Assembly: GCF_037042905.1 (NCBI RefSeq)
Contig: NC_087250.1
Span: 22,878,001-22,942,000, forward strand
From: Lytechinus pictus
Lineage: Eukaryota
DNA length: 64,000 nucleotides
Direction of reading: 5' to 3'
The notes below the pieces were generated by a model. It was not told where the DNA came from and did not search any database. It was given only the letters and a program-made list of their open reading frames with translations. Both the position numbers and the translations under genes were made by a program. Positions 50,817 through 63,896 of this stretch are shown piece after piece (position 1 is the first letter of the stretch; each line of letters opens with the position of its first letter).

Positions 50817-52797
50817 ATCATCAAGAATCTCAACATAGTCTACAGGCACAGACCCTGATTGAAACTTTGATCAACAAGTGTGTCTCCACGCAAAGACTAG
50901 CACATACAAAACTTGCTGTTTCAATTCCTGAGCAAGAGGGCCTTCAGTTCACAAGGCATGAGAAGGCTGCACATTCAGACCATTAACTCGAGTGAAAGGT
51001 TTGCACAGCAGACTAATCTCAATGAGTGATAATGTCTTTTTAAAGAATATTTCAGAGCAATGTTTTGCTACATTTTCATTTGTGTTTAACTTCAATCTGC
51101 CACCCTTATACCCATTGGGGCAGTTTCATAATTTGTTATAGTAACAATAGTTAAAAGCTACTGAAATAAATTGATCTGATTGGATCATAGTAAACTCCGG
51201 AACAGAAATTTTTATAATAACAAGTCTTTATGAAACATAACTTGTTATATAGTAACAATCAATAGTTAAAAGCTACTGAAGTAATTCAATTTGATTGGTT
51301 CATAGTAAACTTTGGATAGAAACATTATAACAAGTCCTTATGAAACATAACTCATTATTATAGTAACAATCAATAGTTAAAAGCTACTGAAATAATTCAA
51401 TTTGATTGGATCATAGTAACCTTTGGAACAAAATTTTTTATTATAACAAGTCTTTATGAAACATAACTTGTTATAGTAACAATCAATAGTTAAAAGCTAC
51501 TGAAATAATTCAATTTGATTGGATCACCTTCGGAACAGAAATTTTTATTATAACAAGTCTTTATGAAACATAACTTGTTATAGTAACAATCAATAGTTAA
51601 AAGCTACTGAAATAATTCAATTTGATTGGTTCATAGTAACCTTTGGATAGAAATTGTTATTATAACAAGTCTTTACGTAGCAGTACCATGAAGACATTAA
51701 TGTTTGATACAATGTTCATGCCTATGTGTAATATCAAATTCAATGTAATGTTGTATTTCAAAGATTATTATTCGTAACTAAGTTAACAATTTGATGTTCT
51801 TGTGTGTTCACATTATGCTGTAATTAGACACAGTCATTCTTTATTCAAGAATGACATCATTTAAATTTGAATCTTTCTTTCTTTCAAGTCCCCTCTCCAT
51901 GTTTTAACAATAAAATCATTCATATTTTGACCAATTAAACTGACAGAATATGATTTAAATATTCATTATGCATTTGACGGTTAAATCATTTTTATTTTAA
52001 CAAAATTCAACTGATATTATCATCCCATATCCCTTCGAAAGTTTATAACACACAAACCAAACAGATAATACATTTTAATAATTCAAATTCATACTTTTAA
52101 TTGAAATATATTTAGCTTGGTTTTGTATATCTGTCAATAGGTTCATCATTGTATATATCATATTACAAATTTTTTTGCACACATACATATCCATGTCATT
52201 GCTTACCTTAAAATAATGTTTCAATATTTATACTGTTTATTTTCCCAAGTTTTTTGTTCGATCACACTTTTCACCTCTGTAATAAGTTTTCCAAACTTAT
52301 CTTTATAAAACCAATTCATATAAAGTATATCCATTTGAAAAAAGTGCAAATTTCTTTTATAATATAAATTGCAGTGTACATGTATATATATATATATATA
52401 TATATGATCTTTAAAGATAATCTATTTGGGTTAATACATGTACGATAGAAGTTCAGTAGAAAGTAGAATTCAAGTCTTAAAAATGATGTTGTATTCTCTT
52501 GTAATATATGTTTTCATTAAATTTAGTATGGGAATTGTAGCATTTGGTGTAACATAGTAAAATGATATGGTTCTTTACACTTTCAGGAGGACTGAAAGAA
52601 TTGTAACATATGAATCAGAGCAAATATTTTTGTTTGTTAATCAAGAGGAAAGAAATAGATATCTTTATGCTGGATTAAAACGAAAAAATGGTGATAGCCA
52701 AGAAAGACGAGACTGATTCAATCATGGATTTATAAGACGAGAAAGATTTGTCATTCAACTACCAGTTGTATGCACATTATGTATCAACATATATTAA

Positions 52798-53192
52798 AGA
52801 GAAATTCCAGTATTTGCAGTAAACACTGATTTCATGAGAAAATCTGTAAAACAAGGCTTAATTGTCAGTATATCATCGAGGATCTAGATCTGGTACAGTT
52901 ACATAAACCGAACTTTGTGAAATCATGAAATCTACGCTGAAAAATGTTCACGCTGAAGATCACCAACACAGATAAGCGCACGTGGGGCAGTGTATAATTA
53001 TTGCTTTGAGCGTCGGGCACGACGCCCTACCCGAATCCTGTGCTTATTTGCTGATTTCTCAGCAATTACACAATTTCTTCCAGAATCCTTTGGCACATAT
53101 GTTTTATATATACAAACAGACACTTTGGTGGTCATTTTATTGGATTCTGTACGAACTCATTTCGATATCGTTACCAAAACTGGCATTTACCT
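52798..53192. mobile_element. Kolobok-like non-autonomous element, unit-3 specific
   Basis: TTAA|AGAGAAATTCCAGT...ACTGGCATTTACCT|TTAA; absent at ~35685. Confidence 0.82.
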
Positions 53193-54382
53193 TTAATCAT
53201 TTTGAATAAATGTTGTAAATGATTGAAATCATTCAATATGGTTGTAAGGTGAAAATTGTGGGAATTTCAATCAAAAGATCATTATGGTGATAGGGAGAGA
53301 CAGTTTTTAAATTCTATACTTGCAACGAATATCAATCTGATGTATAATCAAGTAATGTTGTCAGCCTAAATGGTATTAAAATGAGAAAATTAAACATATA
53401 GATATATATAATTGTTTCATCTGCAGTTCTTCTTTTGACTCTACAATCTATGAAGGGCTGGTTAAAAATGAGAGAATGATGCTGAGAGATAGAAGAGAAG
53501 ATGAATAGAGATGGAGAGAGAAAGAGAGAGGGGAAAGAGAGAAAGAGAAAGATAGGGAAAAAGGGAGACATGGAGGGACAGAGAGAGAGATACAGAAAGT
53601 TAGTGATAAATGGATAGAGAGAGACAGGAGGAAGAAAAAAAGAGAGAGAATAAGGATGATGTTTGACAAACGAAAAAAAGACAAGATGAAGAGAAAAAGA
53701 AAGATGGAGAAAGAGATATAGAAAGAGTAAAACACGAAAAGCAAGTGGCATTAAGACATAGAAAAAACATAAAGATAAGGGGATAAAGAAGTTAGAAAAA
53801 AGAGAAGAAATTGAACTGATTGTTCACTTAAAATTAACATCAACACCTAATTCACTTGACTGAATGTTTGTTTACTTTCCAGCCCACTAAGCCAATATTG
53901 CTTCTATATGTCAGGGGTGTGAGAGTTCAGACTATTAGCTGATTTCAGAGTCTTTTTGTTTTGATTTTCAGCTTAATTTCAGCTTATTTATTGCTCTTCT
54001 CTGTGCAAAAGTTATGGGGCTCTTTCAATTTCAGACTTTTTCAATACTCAGCTTTTTTCAGATCTTTTTATCTGTGTCCACTCACACCCCTGATATGTAG
54101 ACAAGACATGCCAGTGGGCGTTCCTCTTTATTATAACATAATTATTATTTTTCAAGGCTGTTCCTCTTTTTATATCAGATATTATCAGTTCATGCCATGG
54201 TAATTTCATTTATCTGTGGGCATTAAAATTTTTGATCTTTCATATCTAATATCATAGATAATACAAACATTGTAAAACAGAGATAATTCATGTATACATA
54301 AGGGTTTGTCATACATTATGAAATAGCTATATTGTTGATTTATTACTATCATATAGTGAATCTAGACCAGGGGCCCAACTAA

Positions 54383-54733
54383 TACCCCTTTCATAAACCC
54401 AATTATGCGGCTAATAGCAGCATAATGTGGTCGTAAAATCAGAGGAGGACCAGAGTTATCCACATTATGAATAATAGCAGCATCGGGACAAGATTTTGAG
54501 TTTATGAACGCATTTCCAAATAATGCGGATAATTGCCATGGTGCGGTCACCCTTTTCCAACACAACCGCATCGGAGGGGGCGTGTCCAGTTGTCATGACC
54601 ATTATCCGCCTTTTTCAGGACGGGCGCTCGTAAAAATAATGCAGATCATTTTCAATTTGTGAAAGCAATTTTTATTGAATTATCCGCATTACTTTTAGGC
54701 GGCTAATTGGAGGATAGGTTTATGAAAGGGGTA
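54383..54733. mobile_element. Harbinger-like MITE at the paralogous site of 37509-37887
   Basis: Same TIR, TAA TSD and flanks. Confidence 0.88.
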
Positions 54734-56238
54734 TAAGATACCTTGATGTGGGGGGGGGGTGGGGCAGATCAATGACTTAAATCTCACATGACTTGTTTCT
54801 CTCTTCTGAGTAACATAACCTAAGAAAACATTACTCTTTATTTCATCTTCTTAATTCCTTTTCCTACTTTCTTTTCCTGAATTTTTCCCTACCTAAAATC
54901 ACAAGAATATACAGATAGAAGTTGAATGAGATTTGCAAAACATGTCTGAAGAATGCCATCAGTGTACGTTGATTTGAAACAGCAATGACTCAGCAACCAA
55001 ATGGAAGAAGGAACATTGGTTGTCCCAAGCACACCTGGCAACTTACTTTTTTTCAAACTTAGAGTTCGCCATAAACTTAATACCAATCTGATGGAGGTTA
55101 AATTTAGTGGTTGCAAATAAGTACCAAGGTGACCCCAGCTTGCTGCCTAATGCACTGCACATGAAGAACCAAGTGGTGAGAATTTTACAAAGAGTGTTTT
55201 TTTCCCCTGATATTCCCCTCTCACCCGCCAGTGCATGTTGCCTACCCGGGTCCAAAGTACGAAGTATCACTATTCATAACAGTAGTTTACCTGATATCCT
55301 GATATGAATGATATTTACTCTTCAACATTATCAAATATTGATATTGCTCTGTATAAGTAATGACAGCTCTAACTGCCGTTTTCAGATTCTGCCATTATCT
55401 GTCACTGACGAATTGTACTCTGAATCTGCAGTTTTTCATTTGAATTCCAGATTCTTTACAACTCAAATTTCAAATGATTGTGTCCAGGTAATGTAACTTC
55501 TATAACTTCAACTAATCTTTCTTAAAGTGGTGATTTGTAATTATAAGGGGATGGGGAAGTGATTACGATGTATGCTGAAACCATGGAATAATGAGTTTAT
55601 TTGTGGAACGGTTGGCATATTTTGAAATTGAGGCAATTTTGTGATTGATTTATTTACCATCTGAATTTGAAATTCCATTCTCCCAAGTTTCTCCATAACA
55701 TTCCAGATATATGTGGCACAATGTTATTGAGGTCCGAATGTGTATGGGAGTGAGCGGATCGAATGATATCCTATTTCTATGTCACAAAAATCACTGCTGC
55801 AAATATTAAGCATGTTGATTGAAAGGCATATGGTGAAACAGGGAATCAGCCAACTAAAATAAAGACCAGGGAAACTGTTCCTTCTGTGATCAGAAACATG
55901 TTGATGATTATGTTATTGCTATTGTTACAACACAGTGTTCTCATTAAGATGCACAAAACCAGGTGACTATCATTGGATCAAAGAAATGCTCGCGTTTATC
56001 ATCCATCTCTTAAGTCCATGCTTACACCCAAGGTACATTAGCTGAAGAACATTAATATTTTTTTTCATTATTGAGTTTAGCTTTTGCATTAATGTTGACA
56101 TATGAGAAGGTCCAAGTCTACATAATTTATTTTCCACCATTGAAACTGATTTTGATTCCATTTATTTTTAAAGCTTCTTCCTGCTTCTTACAGGCTTCCT
56201 CTATCAACCAGAGCTTAACAATCTTCAGACATTACATC

Positions 56239-57906
56239 ATGGCGGCGAGATTTCCTGAAGGAAACCAAGTTCAGCTCCGACCTCGAAAAGGTCATGACAT
56301 GACATGGTCATGTGACAAGCATGGTGAGCCAATCGCATTTTACTGTAAGAAACACGGACTACCCGTATGTGATCGTTGCGCTATCAAAGAACATTGCCAA
56401 AAACCATGTGAGCTAGACGATATTGAGGATGTCATCTTTGAGAGGAGAAAAAAACTGGATGAGAAACGGCCAAAAATACAGGAACTTCAGAAACAAATGA
56501 AAGCCCTAGATTTGAAAATAAAGATGGCTTTAACTTCTGGCGATACCAATCTGCAGACAGTAAACAACAGCATTCAAGCATCGTATCACAACAAGATCAA
56601 ATCTGTTGAAGAAAAGGAGGACAGAATGATCAGGGTGATTAATGAGGAGGCAGATGAGGAAATAAGACTAGTAAATGAGAAGAGAGAAAAACGAATCAAA
56701 GATTGCAACACCGAGAGAGAAAAAAAACGACAAATCATCAAAGACAAAGAAGCAAAACTTCTATCAGATGCAAAGAAAATCACCGAAATCATTTCTAAGA
56801 AGATCAAAGATCTAACTAATAAGAGTCAGCATGTAATAAACACTATCAAGAATATTGAATCAACCATCACACGTATCAACCAACATGATGAAACATTGGT
56901 GAATGAAGCTCCTCAAGTACTTGCATCTATCGATGAAAATTTAAGTTTGAATGTTCATCAAGATGTGAGCGACGGTCTTGACCGAATAGAGAATGCAATC
57001 CAGAGAGTGACATTTGTAGAGGGGGAAGTAGGTGGAAAATACTACTGTAGAATTGATGGGTATATCGGTAAATGGGAACTTGTCAAGTCAATCCACATTC
57101 CATCGGTTGTTCATAAGCCGTATGTGTGTGGTTTAGTCAGTGATGATGAGATATGCGTACAAGACAGATATAACAATGACATGTACATGTATGTTACAAA
57201 CATCAACACTCAACACACAGAGAAAGTCATTAGAGGTGTGTGGATTATATCATGTGCGCCCATAGACAGTAACGTAATAGTATGTGGTAAGAGGAGAGAT
57301 CATTTCACGGGTGACAGGTTGGATGGATGCATCACTCTCTATGACAGACAATGGAAGGTGATTAGAGACATCAGCATACCAAGGAATGGAGACTCCAGAT
57401 ATTGTAGTGTGTATGTTGATGTCGACAGCAATGGGATGATCATTGCTGGTCAGTACTATCAGTCTAATATCTACCTCATCAATCCTGCTGATGATAAGAT
57501 AGTAAACACTATTACAATGCAGGGTAAGAAGGTGCGTGGTGAGATACAAGCCTTGTCATCAGATGATATCGTTGTGAAGACAGGTTATTATGAATACACT
57601 GTCATCTCACGATCAGGAGAAGAGAAGGCTGTCATACACTGTGTTAAAAGGGGTAGATCGCAGTGTCGCGTTGACAAACTGACAGACACACTCTACATCG
57701 CGTACTGGGATAGAGTGCGTATGACCTACGCAGTTGATCAGGTGTCACGTGATGGTATCATCCAGGCAAGGAGGATTGTGGAATACGTGAAATCAGATCG
57801 CCCTCACTACAGCAGCCCTTGTCTTGTTACTCCTTCTGGTAACCTTGTAGTACATGTATGTGATGGAGACAAATTTCTTCTTTACAAGAAGACAATCCTC
57901 TTGTAA
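56239..57906 (+). CDS. RING-less TRIM-like protein copy 4, 555 aa
   Basis: Paralog with an intact ORF from the shared MAARFPEG ATG; acceptor at 56193. Confidence 0.88.
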   Translation: MAARFPEGNQVQLRPRKGHDMTWSCDKHGEPIAFYCKKHGLPVCDRCAIKEHCQKPCELDDIEDVIFERRKKLDEKRPKIQELQKQMKALDLKIKMALTSGDTNLQTVNNSIQASYHNKIKSVEEKEDRMIRVINEEADEEIRLVNEKREKRIKDCNTEREKKRQIIKDKEAKLLSDAKKITEIISKKIKDLTNKSQHVINTIKNIESTITRINQHDETLVNEAPQVLASIDENLSLNVHQDVSDGLDRIENAIQRVTFVEGEVGGKYYCRIDGYIGKWELVKSIHIPSVVHKPYVCGLVSDDEICVQDRYNNDMYMYVTNINTQHTEKVIRGVWIISCAPIDSNVIVCGKRRDHFTGDRLDGCITLYDRQWKVIRDISIPRNGDSRYCSVYVDVDSNGMIIAGQYYQSNIYLINPADDKIVNTITMQGKKVRGEIQALSSDDIVVKTGYYEYTVISRSGEEKAVIHCVKRGRSQCRVDKLTDTLYIAYWDRVRMTYAVDQVSRDGIIQARRIVEYVKSDRPHYSSPCLVTPSGNLVVHVCDGDKFLLYKKTILL

Positions 57907-60840
57907 ATCATCAAGAATCTAAACGTAGTCTACAGACCCTGATTGAAACTTTGATCAACAAGTTTGCCTCCACACAAAGAATATCACATGTATACAAATC
58001 TTGCTGTTTCAATTCCTGAGCGAGAGCGCCTTCAGTACACAAGGTATAACCCTGCACATTCAGACCGTTAACTCGAGTGAAGGGTTTGCACAGCAATCTA
58101 AATGAGTGATAATGTTTTTTTAAGAACATTTCAGAGCAATGTTTTGCTACATTTCCATTTGTGTTTAACTTCAATCTGCCACCCCTTATACCCATTGGGG
58201 CAGTTTCATAATTTGTTATAGTAACAATCAATAGCTAAAAAATACTGAAATAATTCAATTTGATTGGATCATAGTAACCTTTGGATAGAAATTTTTATTT
58301 TAACAAGTCTTTATGAAACATGACTCGTTATAGTAACAATCAATAACTAAAAAATACTGAAATAATTCAATTTGATTGGATCATAAAAACCTTTGGATAG
58401 AAATTGGTATTATATTATAACAAGTCTTTACATAACAGGACCATGGACTATGTGTTATTATATTCAATGTAATGTTGTATTTAAAAGATTATTATTTGTA
58501 AGTTAACAGTCCAATGCTCTTGTGGTCATATTATGCTGTTAATAGTCACAGTCATTCTTTATTATAAAATGACATCAGTTGAACTTTGAATCTTCTTTCT
58601 TTCAAGTCCCCTCTCCATGTTTTGACGATAAAATCATTCATATTTTGACCAATTAAACTTTGACAGAATATGATATTAAAAATCATAAAGAGTTCGAATT
58701 TTCATTTTAACTGAATTTAAATGATATTATCATCCCACATTCCTCCGAAAGTTTACAATGCCCTAACCAAACAGATTACTCATTTCAAGAATTAAAAATT
58801 CATACTATTAAATTGAAATATATTTAGCTTTGTTTTGTATATAAATCTGTCAGTAGGTTCGTCATTGTATATATATATATCACATTTTAAATATTTTTTT
58901 TTGCACGCATACATGCATATCCTCGTCATTGCTTACCTTAAAATAATGTTTCAATAATTTATCCTGTTTATTTTCCCAAGCTTTTTGTTTGATCATATCT
59001 TTCACCTCTGTATTAAAGAAGCTTTCCAATCTTATCTTTATAAAACCAATTCATATATAGTATATCCAATTTTGTAAAAAGTGCAAATTTCTTTTATTAT
59101 ATAAAGTGCAGTATACATGTATAATGATATGATATTTAAAGATCATCTATTTGGGTTAATACATGTACGATAAAAGTTTAGTAGAAATTAGAATTTGAGT
59201 CTTACAAATGATGTTATATTCTTTTGTAACATGTTTTCATTAAATTTAGTCTAGGAATTTTAGACCTTGATGTAAGATAGTAAAATGATATGGTTGTATT
59301 TGATCTTTACACCTTCAGGAGGATTGACAGAATTGTAACATATGAATCAGAGCAAACATTGTTTAGTGTAAATCAAGAGGAAAGAAATAGATATCTTTAT
59401 ACTGGAATAAAATGGTGATAGCCAAGAAAGACAAGAAAGATTCAATCATGTATATAAAATATGCGAAAGATTGGTCAATCAACTACCAGTTGTAAACACA
59501 TTACTGATCTAAATCTATCAATCATTTTGAATAAATGTTGTAAATGATCAAAATCGTTCATTATGGTTGCATGTGAAATTTGTAGGAATTTCAATCAAAA
59601 GATCATTATGGTGATAGGGAGAGACAGTTTTTAAATTCTCTACAAGGAATATTAATCTGATCTATAATCAAGTAATTTTGTCAGCCTAAGTGCTATTCAA
59701 ATGAGAAACCTAAACATATAAAATATATAATTGTTTCATCTGCAGTTCTTTTGTTGACTCTACAATCTATGAAGGGCTGGTTAAAAATGACAGAATGATG
59801 CTGAGAGATAGAAGAGAAGATGAAGAGAGAGGGAGAGAGAAAGAAAGAGGGGAAAAGAGAGAGAAAGAGTTAGTGATAAATGGATAGAGAAAGACAGAAG
59901 GAAATAGAGTGAGAGAATAAGGATGATGAGTGTCTCCGCACAAAGACAAGCACACTTACAAAACTTGCTGTTTCAATTCCTGAGCGAGAGGGCCTTCAGT
60001 ACACAAGGTATGAGAAGGCTGCACACACAAAGAGAGAGAGAGAGAGAGTTTGTGATAAATGGATAGAGAAAGACGGGAGGAAGAAAGAGAGTGGGAGAAT
60101 AAGGATAATGTTGAGACAAAAAAAGACAGGATGAAGAGAAAAAGAAAGACAGAGAAAGAGATAGAGAAAGGTAGTGATAAAATGGATGGAGAAAGACAGG
60201 AGGAAGAAAGAGTGGGAGAATAAGGATGATGTTGAGAGAAAAAAAAAATAAGATGAAGAGAGATGGAGAGGGAAAGAGAAAGAGTAAAACTCAAGAAGGG
60301 GAATTAAGACATAGAAAAAACATAAAGATAAGGGGATAAAGAAGTTAGAGAAAAAGAAGAGAAGAAATTGAACTGATTGTACACTAAAAATTAATATCAA
60401 CGCCTTATTCACTTGACTGAATGTTTGTTTACTTTCAAGCATCACTAAGCCAACATTGATTCTATATGTAGACAAGACATGCCAGTGGGCGTTCCTCTTT
60501 ATTAATATAACATAATAATTATTTTTCAAGGCTGTTCATTTTTTTTCATATCGGATCATATCAGTTCATGCCATGGTAATTTCATTTACCTGTGACTATT
60601 ACAACTTTTGATCTTTCATATCTAACATCATAGATAATACAAACATTGTAAAACAGAGATAAGTAATTCAAGAGGGGACCATATATATACATAAGGGTTG
60701 GTCATACATTATGAAATAGCTATCTTGTTGATTTATTACTATCATATAGTGAATCTAGACCAGGGGCCCAACTAAGACACCTTGATGTGGGGGGGGGGGG
60801 GTCAGATCAATGACTTAAATCTCACATCACTCTCTACTGA

Positions 60841-61393
60841 TACCCTTTTTACACAGGATTTTCTTAGCCCCGGACTATCGCTAACCCCGTACTATCCTTA
60901 ACCCCGTACTATTTTTTTTCCTTTTTACACATGCCAAATTGTTATTGCTAACCCCGGATAAGGAATGCTTGCTTTTCACACACGAAACTCGCTAACCCCG
61001 GACTAGTGGTTTTTGTTGATCATTCGTAGTACAAGTACTTCACTCGTACCTTTTTACACACGCTACAATTTCCTTAACCCCGTACTATAGGTGGGGCCAA
61101 ATTGCCATTTAGCCCCACCTATAGTACGGGGTTAAGCTTAGCCCACTTTCGTTTTACACTAGCGATCTTAACCCCGTACTATCGCTCTTAGCACCGCAAT
61201 TGCTGGGATAACCCTGCTTTTTTGCAGGGCCAAATAATCCCGTACTAAAGGTGGGGTTAGCCCACTTTGCAAAAATGCTGTGTAAAAAGAAAGTGGGCTA
61301 AGCTTAACCCCGTACTATAGGTGGGGCTAAATGGCAATTTAGCCCCACCTATAGTACGGGGTTAAGGAAATTTTAGCGTGTGTAAAAAGGGTA
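60841..61393. mobile_element. Harbinger-like MITE rich in aaccccgtactat palindromic subrepeats
   Basis: TGA|TACCCTTTTTACACA...TGTGTAAAAAGGGTA|TCA; empty site ctacTGAgtgac at ~45068. Confidence 0.85.
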
Positions 61394-62697
61394 TCAGTGA
61401 CATAACCTAAGCAAATCATTACTCTTTCTTTACTTAATCTTTATTTCATCTTCTTAATTCCTCTTCCTCCTTTCTTTTCCTGAATTTTTCCCTACCTAAA
61501 ATCACAAGAATATACAGATAGAAGTTGGATGAGATTTGCAAAACATGTCTTAAGAATGCCATCAGTATATGCTCAATTGAAACAGCAATGATTTGGCAAC
61601 CAAATGGAAGAAGGAACATTGGCTGTCCCAAGCACACCTGGCGGACTTTCCTGAAAGACTTAGAGTTGGCCTATAACCTTGATAACAGTCTACTTAAATT
61701 TAGTGGTTGCAAAACTCAAAAGTGACGACAGCTTCCTGCCTAATGAACTACACAGGAAGAAGCCTCCCCCGGTCTAAAGTATCACTATTCATAACAGTGG
61801 TATAACTCATGTCCTGATATGAATGATATTTGCTCATCAATATTACATCACATATTAATATTGCTCTGATCAGATAACAACTGCTGCAGATGCTGTTAAA
61901 ATATTCAGATACAGCCATATTCTGGTACTGACAAATTGTGCTCTAACTCTGCAGTTTTTCATTTGAAGTCCAGATTGCTTTACAACTCAGATTTCAAATG
62001 ATTGTGAACAGGTAATGTAACTTGCATAACTTCAACTAATCTATCTTAAAGAAATAATCTGTAATTATAAGGGGATGGGGGAAATGATTACGATATGCTG
62101 AAACCATGGACCTATGAAGAGATGGACATTCATCAATATTATGAATTCTTCAACAGGTGACTGTTATTGTCATCTGAATAACATTCTCTTCATATTAGTC
62201 TACTTTGGTTCTATGATCGTCACCGTGAGAAGGGCCGGAAGCAATTCGTGATTGGACATTTATATTCAACAGATTGTATGCGCAGTAGATAACAAATCCC
62301 TGAAATCATGGAAAATTGATGTGCAGTTCTTGTTTACCTTAATTTGGCAATCTTAGTTCCATGTGTTTTATGTGGGGAATTGTCTGCATATTTTGATATA
62401 TTGGCAATTTTGTGATTGTTTAAGACTTTTCCCAAGTTTCTCCACTATAATATTCCAGATATACATGTACATGTACGTGGCACATAACTTGTATAGATCT
62501 TATATCTCTCAATGTCATTGAGGTCCTTATGTGTATGCGGAAGTGAGCGGATTAAATGATATCATATTCTATATCACAGAAATCATCTGCTTCCCAAGTT
62601 TGCTGCTCCAAATATGAAGCATGTTGATTAAAAGGCATATGGCGTAACTGGGAATCACCCAACAAAAATCAAGACCAGGGAAACCGTTCCTTCCTAA

Positions 62698-63092
62698 AGC
62701 TAAATGACAATAGTTGCAGTAAAATACTGATTTCGTGAGAAAGTCTGTAAAACCAAGGTTAAGTATTACTATATCATCGTGGATCTAGATCTGGTATAGT
62801 TACACAAACTGAACTTTGTGAAATCATAATATCTAAGCTAAAAAACGATCACACTGAAGATCGCCAACACAGATAGGCACACGTGGGACAGTGTATTATT
62901 ATTGCTGGAATAAAGACCCGACGGAAGTGACAGAATCCGCGCTTATTTTGCTTATTTCTCAGCAATTACACAATTTCTTCCAGAATCCTTTGGCACATAT
63001 TTTTTATTCATACAAACATACACTTTAGTGATCATTATATTAAATTCTGTAAAAAGTCATTTTGAGATCGTCCCCACAACTGGAATTTACCT
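62698..63092. mobile_element. Kolobok-like element (family of 52798)
   Basis: AGCTAAATGACAAT...ACTGGAATTTACCT|TTAA; empty ttcTTAAagtgatcag at ~47940. Confidence 0.78.
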
Positions 63093-63096
63093 TTAA

Positions 63097-63508
63097 AGGC
63101 GACCGCACACCTTACGATTGGTCTGCGACCCGATTTCAGAATAAATTGTAGTAGAATTTGATGCTAACATTGAGACTTGGAATATCCTACTGTGTAATGT
63201 TCTAAATCATCGTAAGAATACCTATATTCAAGTCTGTAACTATACTATCATCCTTCTTAGAATAAAAGCGAATTTAGTATCTAGTCGTAATGACGTCATA
63301 GCAGTCGTACGATTGGCTACGATTTGAAACAAATTTGGCCTTTACTCCGAAATAAAGGCTTACAATATATCAAAATGGTTATATTAGCATTCTTTTAATT
63401 AACTTAAACATCAAATAAAATGATATGTTCCATTCACATTTTCAGAAAATGAGCAAAATGCGATTTGTTCCAAAATCGGATCGCGAACAGTCGTAAGGTG
63501 TTAAGCCT
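63097..63508. mobile_element. Second TIR element abutting the previous one at the same TTAA site
   Basis: AGGC...ACACCTTACGA / TCGTAAGGTGT...GCCT inverted ends. Confidence 0.7.
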
Positions 63509-63896
63509 TAAATTGATCAGAAACGCCTTGATGATTATGTTATTGCTATTGCTACAACACCTGTATGTTCTCATTAAGATGCACATAACCAGGTGACGGT
63601 GACTATCATTGGATCAAAGAAATGCTCACGTTTATTGTCCATCTCTTAGGTCCATGCATGATGAAACCCAATGTACATTTGCTGAAGAAGATTTTTTTTT
63701 ATTATTGAGTTTAGCTTTTGCATTAATGTTGACATATGAGAAGGTCCATGGGTAAGGTCTACATAACTTTTTTTCCACCATATAGCTGATTTTAATCCCA
63801 TTTATTTTTTAAGCTTCTTCCTGCTTCTTATCCATCTCACATTCCTTACAGGTTTCCTCTATCATCCAGAGCTAAACAATCTTCAGACATTACATC

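Noticed and set aside
31164-57906. Diversity-generating retroelement or adenine-specific mutagenesis behind the variable loops
   Set aside because: There is no template repeat and no intact reverse transcriptase in the window. The differences involve all bases and include in-frame indels.
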